NCBI RefSeq assembly: GCF_036321535.1
Contig: NC_087437.1
Coordinates: forward strand, 42,906,001-42,970,000
Direction: 5' to 3'
Length of the DNA stretch: 64,000 nucleotides
Origin: Camelus dromedarius
Lineage: Eukaryota
Part shown: one piece after another, positions 38,935-49,645 of the stretch
Layout: every line of letters starts with the position of its first letter
How positions within the stretch are numbered: the stretch's first letter is position 1
Made by a program: the position numbers and the translations under genes
Notes under the pieces: model-generated
Database searches by the model: none
What the model was told of the DNA's origin: nothing
The model's input: only the letters and a program-made list of their open reading frames with translations

Positions 38935-38998
38935 GATCGATCCATCCGTCCATCCGTCCGTCCGTCCATCCGTCCATCCATCTACCCACCCGTCTACC
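38935..38998 (+). repeat. (TCCA/TCCG)n tetranucleotide microsatellite
   Basis: Read directly from the sequence. Confidence 0.9.
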
Positions 38999-40065
38999 TG
39001 GCTTTGTGGGCTGCTGTATCCTTCAGCCGTCGTCTGTTGTGTCACATCATCATCAAGAGGGTGAATGAACATCAGGATGAACGGACAGACTTGTTTGGCC
39101 ACAATGAAGGGATCCTGAGAACACCCCTTCCCCGTCCTATGGCCCCATTGTTTACTAGAGCTGTGAGGCTGCAAAATCCAGTGGTTCACACATGTTTACA
39201 CAAGAGAAGGGCAGAGGTGTTTATTTCTTCTCTTTGTTTCTATTTTTCTGTTCTTTGCTATTATCCACCTTTATTTTTCTTTTCTTTCCTTTTCCACCCT
39301 TGACTTGGCCCTGTCTACATTCCTCCCATCCTCTTTTTTTTTTTCTTTATCAATAGCATAGATAATTTTCTTTCAAGAACCATTATAAATATTATTTATA
39401 TATTTTGAGTATTTTATAATCTTTTGTCAAGTTGTCAGTTTTTTTTTCTTACGGTTGCTTATGACTGACAGGTTTGCAAACAAATGCTTAGAGGTATAAT
39501 GAACGCAGAACATTTTTTGCCCTTATCTTTTTGCCCCACCTAGTTTCTAGCCTCTGCAGTTCTTCCCCAAAGCTTATGTCGTGGAGCAATAGCTATAGCC
39601 AGCGCTGTAGCAAGGTACTTCCTTGCTGCCTGACAGCACAAGGGCATAAAATAGGTTCTTGAAAAGTTCTGGAATTTGGGGATGCACTGCGTTAGTGATA
39701 ATTTGATTTCTGCTTGGCTTCCCATTCTTATTTTGTTGTTTATCAGTTGGATACCTGCAATGGAGACCTGCCTTGTTAAGGGATACTTTGACAGGGGATG
39801 GGCCTCTCAGCCTTATCTGAGACACTGAGGTCCTGCTCCCTTCTCTCAGCACTCCCTCACTCACGCTAACTCTTTGTCTGTATTGTGGCACGTGCTTCTG
39901 ATTTCCCCATCATCATGTCTGCCCTAACATTGTACGTTTTATTGCCCCTGCTTCCCTTCCTGCCTCGCTCCACGCCCGAGGCTGCACTCTCTAATAGCAT
40001 TCTGTGCTATTGCAGCCCATTACCATCTGTCTCCCTCACTTTGTCTAGACTCCAAGAAAGGGAAG

Positions 40066-40406
40066 TGCTGTGGTCAGAATGCTTGCGTCTTCCCAAAATT
40101 CATATGTTGAACTCCCAGTGCCCAGTGTGATGGTATTAGATAGCGGGGTATTTGGGAGGTGACTGTCACGAAGGTGGAACCCTCACGACTGGTATTAGTG
40201 CCTTGATGAAAGAGGCCCCGAAGAGCTCCCTTGCCACTTTTGCCTTGTGAGGATACAAGGAGAAGTCTGTGACCTAGAAGAGGGCCCTTACTGAACCAAT
40301 CTGGCACTCTGAGCTCAGACTTCCAACCTTCAGGCTATGAGAAATTTCCGTCAATAAACAACCTGTTCTGTGATACTTTGTTACAGCAGTCTGAATGAGT
40401 AAGACA
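40066..40406 (+). mobile_element. MLT1A-type MaLR solo LTR
   Basis: TG...CA ends (tgctgtggtcagaatg...taagaca); cccaaaattcatatgttgaa; near-perfect 5-bp TSD ggaag/ggagg. Confidence 0.9.
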
Positions 40407-41619
40407 GGAGGGCATGTGGCGTTTAGCACAGTATTCCTAATATCAAGCAGATTGAGAGCTTAGTCTTTTGGGTTCTCGTGTAAGTTTGAAAAATTGGTGG
40501 ACCACTCTGATGCCTCTCCCAGTGGCTGGTTGCCATGCTACTCGAAGACTTCTTCCCAACCTGCTGGTAGGTTTGCATAGACAGGATAGTAAATGTTGTC
40601 AGTGATGCCGTGACAGAGAGGGGCACCTGAATTCAGTCTCTAAAGAAGAATAGGAGTTTACCAGTTATGGAGGTTTGAAGTAGGTCTTAAAGTATTCAAA
40701 GGCATGATACTTTTTTACCTGTTGGTAGTATGGTATGACAGTCCTCTTTAAAAAAAAAAAATTCCCAGTGATCTGTGTCATTTGGCTCCAAAAACTTTTG
40801 CTGATTCCAGTGCTCACTCTGAATTGCACGAGTGAGCTTTAGAATCAGATAGAAGTGGTTTCTAATCCACTCTCTGTTTCTGGCCATTCCATGATCCCAG
40901 TTAACTAACCTCTTTGAGCATCAATTTGTTGCTAAGTGCCCGATATGTTGATGTAGGATGAGCTCAATAATGGTTCATTTCCTTTCATTCTTAGCTCAGC
41001 TTTTTTTGGACAGATACTGACGTGCTTTCCCAGAAAGTTTGTAATACCTTTCACCAGCAGCTTGATAAGCTAAATATTTCCGGTGACTTCAACCCTGTAT
41101 CTTTATTCTCATTGTCTAAGCTTTTGTAGAGACTTTTTTTCATGATTCAGATATTGAAACATTAATTTCCATGTCATGGGCATACATCTCTATTGAGGAT
41201 CTTTTGTAAATAACTTTTCTGATTTGTCTTTGCATTTATCCTTCACGCCACTATTTTTTTTCTACCATTTTTCATACTTGATCATTTTCCTTTTGCTGAT
41301 TTTATTTCTCTTGTCATGTATTCTTATTTTCTGGGAGTAATATAACATGAAGAAATTAGACATCAAGATGGAAATCTCTGGAAAAATGGCTGATTAAAAA
41401 TTCAGTGGAAGATGAACATAGTTTCACATATGAGTCAGACTGGTTAAGCCATGGCATGATTTTATGAAAATTCCATTGCAACTGAACAAACATGTTTATG
41501 AAATTTGTGGTAATCAATCTAGAGATATTTAAACTAAAGGTAAAACCCTCTTTAGTGAGAGATGAAGTGTGACTAGATAGAATTCATAGTGAAAATCGAC
41601 TAGAATCAAAGTTAGATTG

Positions 41620-43430
41620 ATTTGTTCATTCGGCCAAAGATATTTATGATGCTCGGCTCAGTTCTAGGATCTTGGGCTACAGTAGTGAACTAAACAAAAG
41701 CAAATCCCTGAGGTCAGAGAGCTCACAGCCAACTTTAGGGGAAACAGACTATACACAAAATGAATGTTATTTATATAGTGTGTTCAAAGATGGTAAATGC
41801 CTTGGAGAGAAAATATGTGGGGAATTTTGAGTAGGGAAGGTAGCATTTCAGTTCAGAATCAGATGGTCAGAGTAAGTCTCTCTAAGAAGGTGATAGCTGG
41901 AAAAGACTGGAAGGAAGAGCTCTTTGGGTGGAGAGAGTAGTCTGCAAAATTCCGACAGTGACAGTGTTAGGTAGTTAAGTAAGTGGGGGCACTGGGCAGA
42001 TAGGCAGAGGAGCGGGAGGATGGTCTGGAAGATGGCTTTATGCCCACCTCCAGCATAAAGGGGCTTTACGTCCTCTAAATGAGTGTCAGCAAGAAACTTG
42101 TTAGAACCTGATAGCTGCATCTGTGCAGCAGTGAGAAGGACCTAACAAGAAGGACCTAACTGACTATGACCCAGGGCTCATTGCATTGTGGTTTAATCCC
42201 CGCCCCGCCCCCCGGCCAACCGCAGCCATGGGTTTTTCTGTATGCATCATGGGTTAAGGACATGTGCAAAGAAGACAAACATGATTAGGCATTCCAGGGG
42301 CAAGAGCTGTCAATCAATCAAAAGACCAGCTTTGAGCAAGAGTATAAGAGGAAGGGACAAATAAAGACCGCCACTTTCCCTCCCTTGGATCAGCCTGCCT
42401 CCCGTTGTTGGAGGTGTACTTTTCCTTTCCTAAATAAATCCTTTTGTATCTTTCACTGCACAACACACCGTCTCCCATCTGAATTCTTACCTTTTGGGTA
42501 AGACAAGAACTGAGGTCTTTTTCCTTCCGCTTTTGGGATAACAACAGTATGCTAGGTATGAAAGTCAAGGAAGCAATTAAGGCAGGAGTTGCTAAAGAGG
42601 AGTAAGAGAGAAGAGGTAGGAGATGAAGTCATGGAAGTAAGGGGAGTTGTACAGGTTGGGCCTTACCAGCCGCTGAAAGGACTTTGCCTTTTACTCTGAT
42701 TAAGATGAGTTTATTGAAGGGTTGTGATCAGAAGAGTGATGTAATCTGACAATTTAAAGGGATAGCTCTGTTGGGTTGATGATAAAGTATAGGGAAAGCA
42801 AGTGGTTAAGCTGGGAGACCAGTTACAACAGTACTGCAGTAACCTAGGAAAACAGTGATATTGTCTTTTACTAGAATGGTGATATAGAGGTGGTTTAAAA
42901 AAATGGCTGGATTCTGGGAATTCTTTGAAAACAGAGCCTGCAGAATTTGTTTGTGGATTGAAAGTAGTTTCTGAGAGAAGAGTTGAGTCCAGGATAACTC
43001 TATAAAGTTTTTGGCATGAGAAAATGGAACGATGAAATTGCCATCAACTGTGGTGGAGAAGTCTGAGGGTGGAGAAGGTTTTAAGAAGTGAATGTCAAGA
43101 GTTCAATTTTGGACATACTGAATTTGAGTAATCTTTTAGGGATCCAAGTAGAGGTGTCTTTTAGACTGCTGGACAAAAGAATCCGGAGTCCAGTAAGAGG
43201 TTCAGGCTTGATACATCTCTCTGTCTCTGTCCCTGTCCCTTCTCTGTCCTTGTCTCTATCTTTGACTCTACTTCTACCTCTATTTCTATCTCTTTCTCTC
43301 TCTCTCTATGTATCTATATAATCTACCTATGTCCATATATATTTGGGAGTTATTGGCATACAGATGATATTTAAGCCATGAGACTGGATTAGATCACCAA
43401 ATGAGTAAGCAGAGATAAATGCCCAAGATA
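41620..43430 (-). mobile_element. L2, antisense, interrupted by an ERV1-type LTR
   Basis: tttgttcattc...acagtagtgaac...aggactttgccttttactctga...caagagttcaattttggacatactgaatttgag...tttaagccatgagactggat. Confidence 0.8.
41965..42543 (+). mobile_element. ERV1-type (class I) solo LTR, 579 bp
   Basis: TGTTA...TAACA inverted termini; 4-bp TSD ACAG (41961-41964, 42544-42547); GC boxes, TATAA 42343, AATAAA 42360 and 42433; flanks rejoin into continuous L2. Confidence 0.88.
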
Positions 43431-45187
43431 TGCATTCCATCTCCCCCCATTCATGAACTATAAAACTTTAGACAGGACTCTTATCCCTCTGAGTCTCTTT
43501 TTTCATCTGTAAAATGGAAATAACAGTATTTTCTTCATGGCATAGGAGGATTAAATAAGATTGTTTGTATAAATACATAACACCTCACTGGGTTGATTTC
43601 ATTCTGTTCAGTGATAACCCAACCTTCAGAGATGGCATTGAAGGGCCAAATGAAAAACAGGGCGTCAAGGAGCAGCATGATTTTTTTTTTTCTTTAACTC
43701 ACATTTCTTTTGATTTCCCAGTTTCTAAATGACTGATTCAGTTCAGAAAATAGTGTCTTTGATCACAAAGCAGACCCCCGTCAAGTACAATCTTGAGACT
43801 TTGCCCAGTAAATCCATGCAAAAATTTACATGCCAAACAACGTGTTGATTCCTTACTTGGATGTCATTCCAAAACATGTAGGAATCAAGATTGAAAATGA
43901 GAGATAGGGAGATAAACTTGGAAATAAAAATTGTATTCTTTCGAATTCAGTATGATTAAATTGATGCTGGCATGGTTCAAGCATAATTACATCACTTTAA
44001 AATAGATAGTTGAAGTGAATCTAATGTATAAGAAAACCCAAGTGTTTATTTTGAAGTCTACAGATACGTTTTTGGAATTTCTTATATGATAAATCCTTTT
44101 GTTACCATGGATTGAACTGTAGCATTTCACCTGTATGTTTTAACTGAAATCCAATAATACCAATACATACTTTTCCAATTTTAAAGTTAAAACTTTTCAT
44201 AAACACAAACTGGTGGCCTTGAGAATCTATTATTTGGAATTAGTACTTTGTGTTATTTGTTTGTTTATAGAAAATGATCTACCTTTTTGTATTAGGTATT
44301 GTATTTGGACATATTCTTCCATGTCACAGGGTGTCCCTTGTGTCTGCACAAATTGCATTTGTATGTCATTGATGTAATTGAATTTAAAAATCCTGTTTAA
44401 AATTTTAAGTCCAAGAAAATTTGTAGCAGTAGAAAATAAGTTAAAAGAATTTTTCTGATTTTTTTTAGAAAAATGGTATTTTTCCATTTTAAGACTGTAG
44501 AATTAGACAATCATTTAAAAGTTTACTAATTAAAATTATTTAAAATAGTTCTTGATATGACACTTCAACTCCATTCTCCAAATAATCTATTTACATTTAA
44601 AATGAATGTTTTCCTATTTTACTTAATTATTTGAATCAAGTATAAGCACTTCTAATTAAATGGAACATTCTCTTTATAAAATTAATAATTCATATTCTGT
44701 CACTATGTGGATTTAAATTCTTTCTCAGAAAATATGTTTCAAATACCAGTGCTAAATATTTGACGTTGCTTGGTTTTATGTCCGACACTACACAGATATG
44801 TAAAAAATTTATAACATTGCTTGCAACAATGATTTACAATTTTAAAGATAGGATGTCAGATCTCTATCAGTTATACAATTCTGTAACTTAATAGCAGATA
44901 TTGTATAAAGATATGAATAGAATGCACAACATGAAAAATTAAATTAACTATATTCTTTAGAAATTTATTTCTTCTTTAAAACTTTTTTATAAATTTTCTG
45001 CCTCCTTATTAACTCTCTAGTTAAGTTTTCCTCACAACTTTTTATAGCTTTTATTTTTATTAAATAAGAAACACATGCTCATTTTATATTAGAAAAGAAA
45101 TAGTGCAGATAGAAAGTAAAACTATAGAATTCTACCATCCTGAGATAACTTTTTTAAAAAATCTGTTTCTGTCATAAGACTCCCCTC

Positions 45188-45336
45188 TTTTTTTTTTTTT
45201 TTCTCTTTTTTTTTTTTTCCTAGCAAGGAAGAGGTAATTAGGCTTATTTATTTGCTTTTTGATAGAGGTACTGGGGATTGAACCCAGGACCTTGTGCATG
45301 CTAAGCACACACTCTGCCACTGAGCTATAGCCTCCC
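45188..45336 (-). mobile_element. Camelid Vic-1-like tRNA-derived SINE
   Basis: Reverse complement: gggaggctatagctcagtggcagagtgtgtgcttagcatgcacaaggtcctgggttcaatccccagtacctc...aataagcctaattacctc + long poly(A). A and B boxes intact. Confidence 0.9.
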
Positions 45337-45559
45337 TCTCCCCCGAGGTGACTTCTTGTACCCATTCAATTTCTCTGTCTTTTACTCTTTAATTCTCTGC
45401 TTCTGAGAATTAAAGAGTATAGATACTATACATACGTGAGCACACACAGACACACACAGAGTTTTAAATACAAAAATGACCCATTAATGCTCTGTCATAC
45501 ATTTACTTCTTGTATTTATATGTGAAATATTAGGTGACATGATTATTAGTTCGTTATTT

Positions 45560-46500
45560 AATGGCATAATGTATAACACCTAATTACTTGATTCTTTTCA
45601 TTGTTTCTATTCTTTTTGTTTTTCCTTTTATCAACAACAAGCATGACGTATGCATCGTACAGTTGTTTGATTATTTCCTTAGGGTAAATTCTTGGTGGGG
45701 AATTTTTTGGAATTTTTTGGTTTTCACTTTTTTTAATATATATTCCCAACGTGCTCTCCCTAGTGGTGGTGGCCATATATAATCCCTCTGGCAAAGGTTT
45801 AGTGTGCCCTCTTTAATAGTGGACATTACATCCTTTTTGGCATTTGCCAGTCCAATAGATGTGATCTTCTTTCTCGTTGCCTAAATTGGAAAAATCAACT
45901 ACTAATTATTTAAACACCTTAAAATATACTGATTAGCTGAATGAATTCCATCTTTGAGATTTATCACTTTTTCGAATCTGTTTTCCTTTTATTCTGTTGA
46001 TGGAAATATTCATTGCTTTTATGGTTTCTTTCTTTGACATCAAGCTTAGATTCTGTGACACAAAATTATATACATATTAACGTATATATTCTTTGGATAC
46101 TTTTATGATTTGAGTTTTTACAATTAAATTTTTACTTCATATAGAGCTTGCTTTTTTGTGAAGTATGAGATAAGGATCTAAATAGCAGTATTGAAGAGCC
46201 CATCTTTCTGTACTAATTTGAAATATGTTTTTTATTATGTACAAAGTACTTACATGTATATACATCTTCTGAACTTTTTCTTCAGTTTTAGTGATCTGTT
46301 TATTTGGAAAAATGCTACATTGTCTTAATTTATTGTATATTTCTAATACATTTATAATATTAAATAATACAAGCCCTGTCTCTTAGTCCTCTTCTTTTTA
46401 AAATATTTTCTTTATATCTCGTCCAGTCTTTCTTCCAAATGAATTGTAGCATCTTTGTTAGGTTAAAAATAACATTAATAGAATTTTATTAATCAAATAA
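45560..46500 (-). mobile_element. Highly degraded L1ME-type fragment
   Basis: atttccttagggtaaattctt, tttgccagtccaatag, gtatgagataaggatctaa resemble antisense old L1 ORF2/3' sequence. Confidence 0.5.
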
Positions 46501-46569
46501 ATTTTAAATAATCTTTATATTATTGAATTTTCAGAATCGGAAACCCAGTCTACCATTAACTCTTTCAAA

Positions 46570-47610
46570 TTATTTTTTATACACTTTTTACTTTTAAACA
46601 AGCTTAAACTTACAGAAAAATTGCAAGCAGAGAACAAACCCCTATTTTTCTCCTCAGCCATTAGAAAGTAAGTTGCCCATTTCCCCTTGAAATACATTAG
46701 TGTGCATTTCCTAAGAATAAGGACATTCTTCTTCCTAATCACAATACAGCCATCAAAGTCAGGAAATTAACAGTGATAAATTACTTCATCTAATTCTCAG
46801 ACCCTGTTAGTTTTTGTCAAGTGTTCCAATAAAGTTCTTTATAACAAAAGATCCCGTTTAGAGTCATGTTTTGTATTTAGTTGCCATGTCTCTTTAGCCT
46901 CATTCAGTCTGATACAGTTTCTCAATCTTTCTTTGACTTCATAACCTTGACACTTTTAAGGATTATAGGGCAGTTGTTTGGTAGTCAGTTAGTTTGATGT
47001 TTCCTCATGATTAGCTTTAGGGCATGCATCTTTGGGTGGAATATTACAGAAATAATCCTATGTTCTTCTTCTTCATTGCATCCTCTCAGGTGGCACTTGA
47101 TTAAAGTGATATCTGCCAGTCTTCCTCTCTGTAAAGTTATGTTTTCCTCCTTTGTAATGAATAATTGTTTTGAAGGAGATGTCTTAACGTTACATAAATA
47201 TCCTGTTCCCAGCTAACTTTTAATTAATTGACCAACTAATTTTTATTATGATGCACTCATATTTAATTTTATTTAATGGGTGATGGTAAGTTACTCTCAT
47301 ATTTTTTCTTTTTATGCTCAAATTTCCCCATATTTGACCAGTGGGAGCACTTCAGGGTGGATCTTGTGGCCTTTTGGCTTACCTCTGTCTTGCTTGAACC
47401 AATAATAAATACCTTAGTTTCTAGCACAGTAAGATGTTCCAGGCTCATATTGTGGTTTCCCTTGTCCGGCCCTGAAACCAGGCATTTCCCTAAGGTGTAC
47501 TATTTCCTTTTTGTTGTTGTTGTTATTTACACTTCATTTCGTTTCTCTAGGGAAAATGGTAGTTTTGGGCCAGTAGGGAGTCAATATATGTTTTTAGTCA
47601 GGCTACTTTT
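46570..47610 (-). mobile_element. L1MC4/L1MC5-type 3' UTR
   Basis: aaacttacagaaaaattgcaa...gtgtgcatttcctaagaataaggacattct...atcaaagtcaggaaattaaca...atttagttgccatgtctctttag...aagatgttccaggctcat. Confidence 0.8.
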
Positions 47611-47777
47611 CTTATCAAATCTAGCAAATAGATATAATATACAAAATATCATATATGATATAAATAAATGATCTCATCTTCATGGCATCCTTAGTGACAA
47701 TTTTCATTAAATCATTATCTGTACACATTTTTGTTCCCGTTTTGGTAATTAATTTTCTTCTGCATGAATTTTTGGAA

Positions 47778-49060
47778 ATAAAATAGACTTTTATTTTTAG
47801 AGCAGTTTTGGGTTCAATACAAAATTGAATGGAAGGTACAGAGACTTCCCATATACCCCTTACCCCCACAGACATATAGTCTCTCTCAGTATAGCCACCT
47901 CACCAGAGTGGTAAGTTTGTTAAAATCAAGGAACCTACCATGACAAATTACTGTTCCCTGAAGTCCATATTTACATTAGGATTAATTCTGGGGGTTGTAC
48001 ATTCTGCAGGTTTTGACAAATGTGTAATGAGACATATTTACCATTGTAGTGCCATACAGACTAGTTTTACTGCCCTAAAAATCCTCTGTGCACTGCCTGT
48101 TTATCCCTCCCTCTCTGCTAACTTGTGACAGACACTGGTCTTTTTACTGTCTCCATAGTTTTGCCTTTTCCAGAATGTCATATAGTTGAAATCATACAGT
48201 ATGTAGCATTTTCAGAATGGCTTTTTTCACTTAGTAATATGCATTTAAGATTTCCCTATGTTTTGATGACTCATTTCTTTTTAGTGCTGAATAACATTTC
48301 ATTATCTAAATGTGGCACAGTTTATTTATCTGTTCTTCTACTGAGGGGCATCTTGGTTGCTTCCAAGTTTTGGCAAGTATGAATAAAGCTGCTATAAACA
48401 TCTGTGTGCAGGTTTTTGTGTGAACATAAGTTTTCAACTTCTTTGGATCAATACCAAGGAGCGTGATTGCTGGATAGAATGGTAAGAGTATGTTTAGTTT
48501 TGTAAGAAGCTGCCAAACTGTCTTCCAGAGTGGCTGTATCATTTTGCATTCCCATCAGCAATGAATGAGAGTTCCTGTTGGTCTGCATCCTCAGTAGCAT
48601 TTAGTGTTGTCAGTGTTCTGATTGTGGCCACTCTAATAGGTGCGTCATGGTATCCCATTGTTGTTTTAATTTATATTTCCCTGATGACATATGATACAGA
48701 ACATCTCTTCATGAGTTTATTTTCCCTGCGTTCGTCTTCTTTGGTGAGGTGTCTGTTAAGGTCTTTGGCCTATTTTTAAATTAGGTGGTTTGTTTTCTTA
48801 TTGTTGAGTTTTAAGGGTTCTTTGTATATTTTGGGTCACAGTCCTTTATCAGATGTATATTTTGTAAATATTTTCTCTCAGTCTGTACCTGGTCTTCTCA
48901 TTGTCTTTTACAGTCTTTTCACAGAGCAGATGTTTTTTAATGTTAATGACGTCCAGCTTGTCAGTTATTTCTTTTCATGGATCACACTTCTGGTGTTGCA
49001 TCTAAAAAGTCATTACTATACCCGAAGTCATCCAGATATTCTCTTACGTTATCTTCTAGG
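47778..49060 (-). mobile_element. L1MC1/2-type element (3' UTR plus ORF2 C-terminal remnant), nested in older L1
   Basis: ORF 48306-48542 (QPLWKTVWQLL..L...LPFYPAITLLGI.PK...KTCTQMFIAALFILAKTWKQPRCP) matches the L1 ORF2 C-terminus; 3' end tagactttatttttagagcagtttt. Confidence 0.9.
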
Positions 49061-49069
49061 AGTGAGTTT

Positions 49070-49645
49070 CTTTTGAGAGGAAAATAATATTTAAAAGTCA
49101 AGATCTGGGTGCCAGGTATTACTATTGGAGTGTCACCCCCTCCAGCCTCTTTGTAGACTGAGCTGAGGAATATATATTCACAAACATTTACATACATATT
49201 TCTGTATCTTTCTACCTATGTAAAACAATGAATTTACATTAATACTTCAAATTCTAATCAAACACCATGGAATTCATTCTGGCCTTGTTCCTCTGTATAT
49301 TTGCAAATTTCTTATCTATTAGTGAGGAACACAGCTTCCAATTCTTAAGATATTACTCATTTGATCAGTTCTCCTGAATGAAACCAACTGCCCGTCACTG
49401 CCACTGCTCCTTCTTCTGCACCAACGCCCTCCTCATCCCACTTGGGTTCTGACAGTCCTTGTTGGTCTGCTCTCTGCAGACCCTCCTCATCTCCTCTGGG
49501 CACTAACAGCCTGTGTCTGGGCTTGCCCCTCTGTGGATGCTCTCCTCATCCTGCGAATGCTCTGACTCCCCACACTGGGTTGCCTCCTGTGTGAAACCCC
49601 TCCTCAACCTGCTAGGGTCTGACACCTTGCTCTGGGCTGTCGGGG
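49070..49645 (-). mobile_element. Continuation of L1MC4/5-type 3' UTR, including a degenerate ~57-bp tandem array
   Basis: aagatctgggtgccagg; four ccctcctca-anchored units at 49427, 49481, 49540, 49598. Confidence 0.6.

Noticed and set aside
38860..39303. 147-aa ORF with RPSV/RPSI repeats
   Set aside because: The repeat is a translation of a tetranucleotide microsatellite; no coding signature.
45270..45336. tRNA-like sequence (also at 7163-7227)
   Set aside because: Carries a SINE-type tail and poly(A) and lacks an intact acceptor stem; Vic-1-type SINE, not a tRNA gene.
49427..49645. CRISPR-like repeat-spacer appearance
   Set aside because: Eukaryotic DNA, degenerate whole-unit tandem repeats inside L1, and no cas genes.
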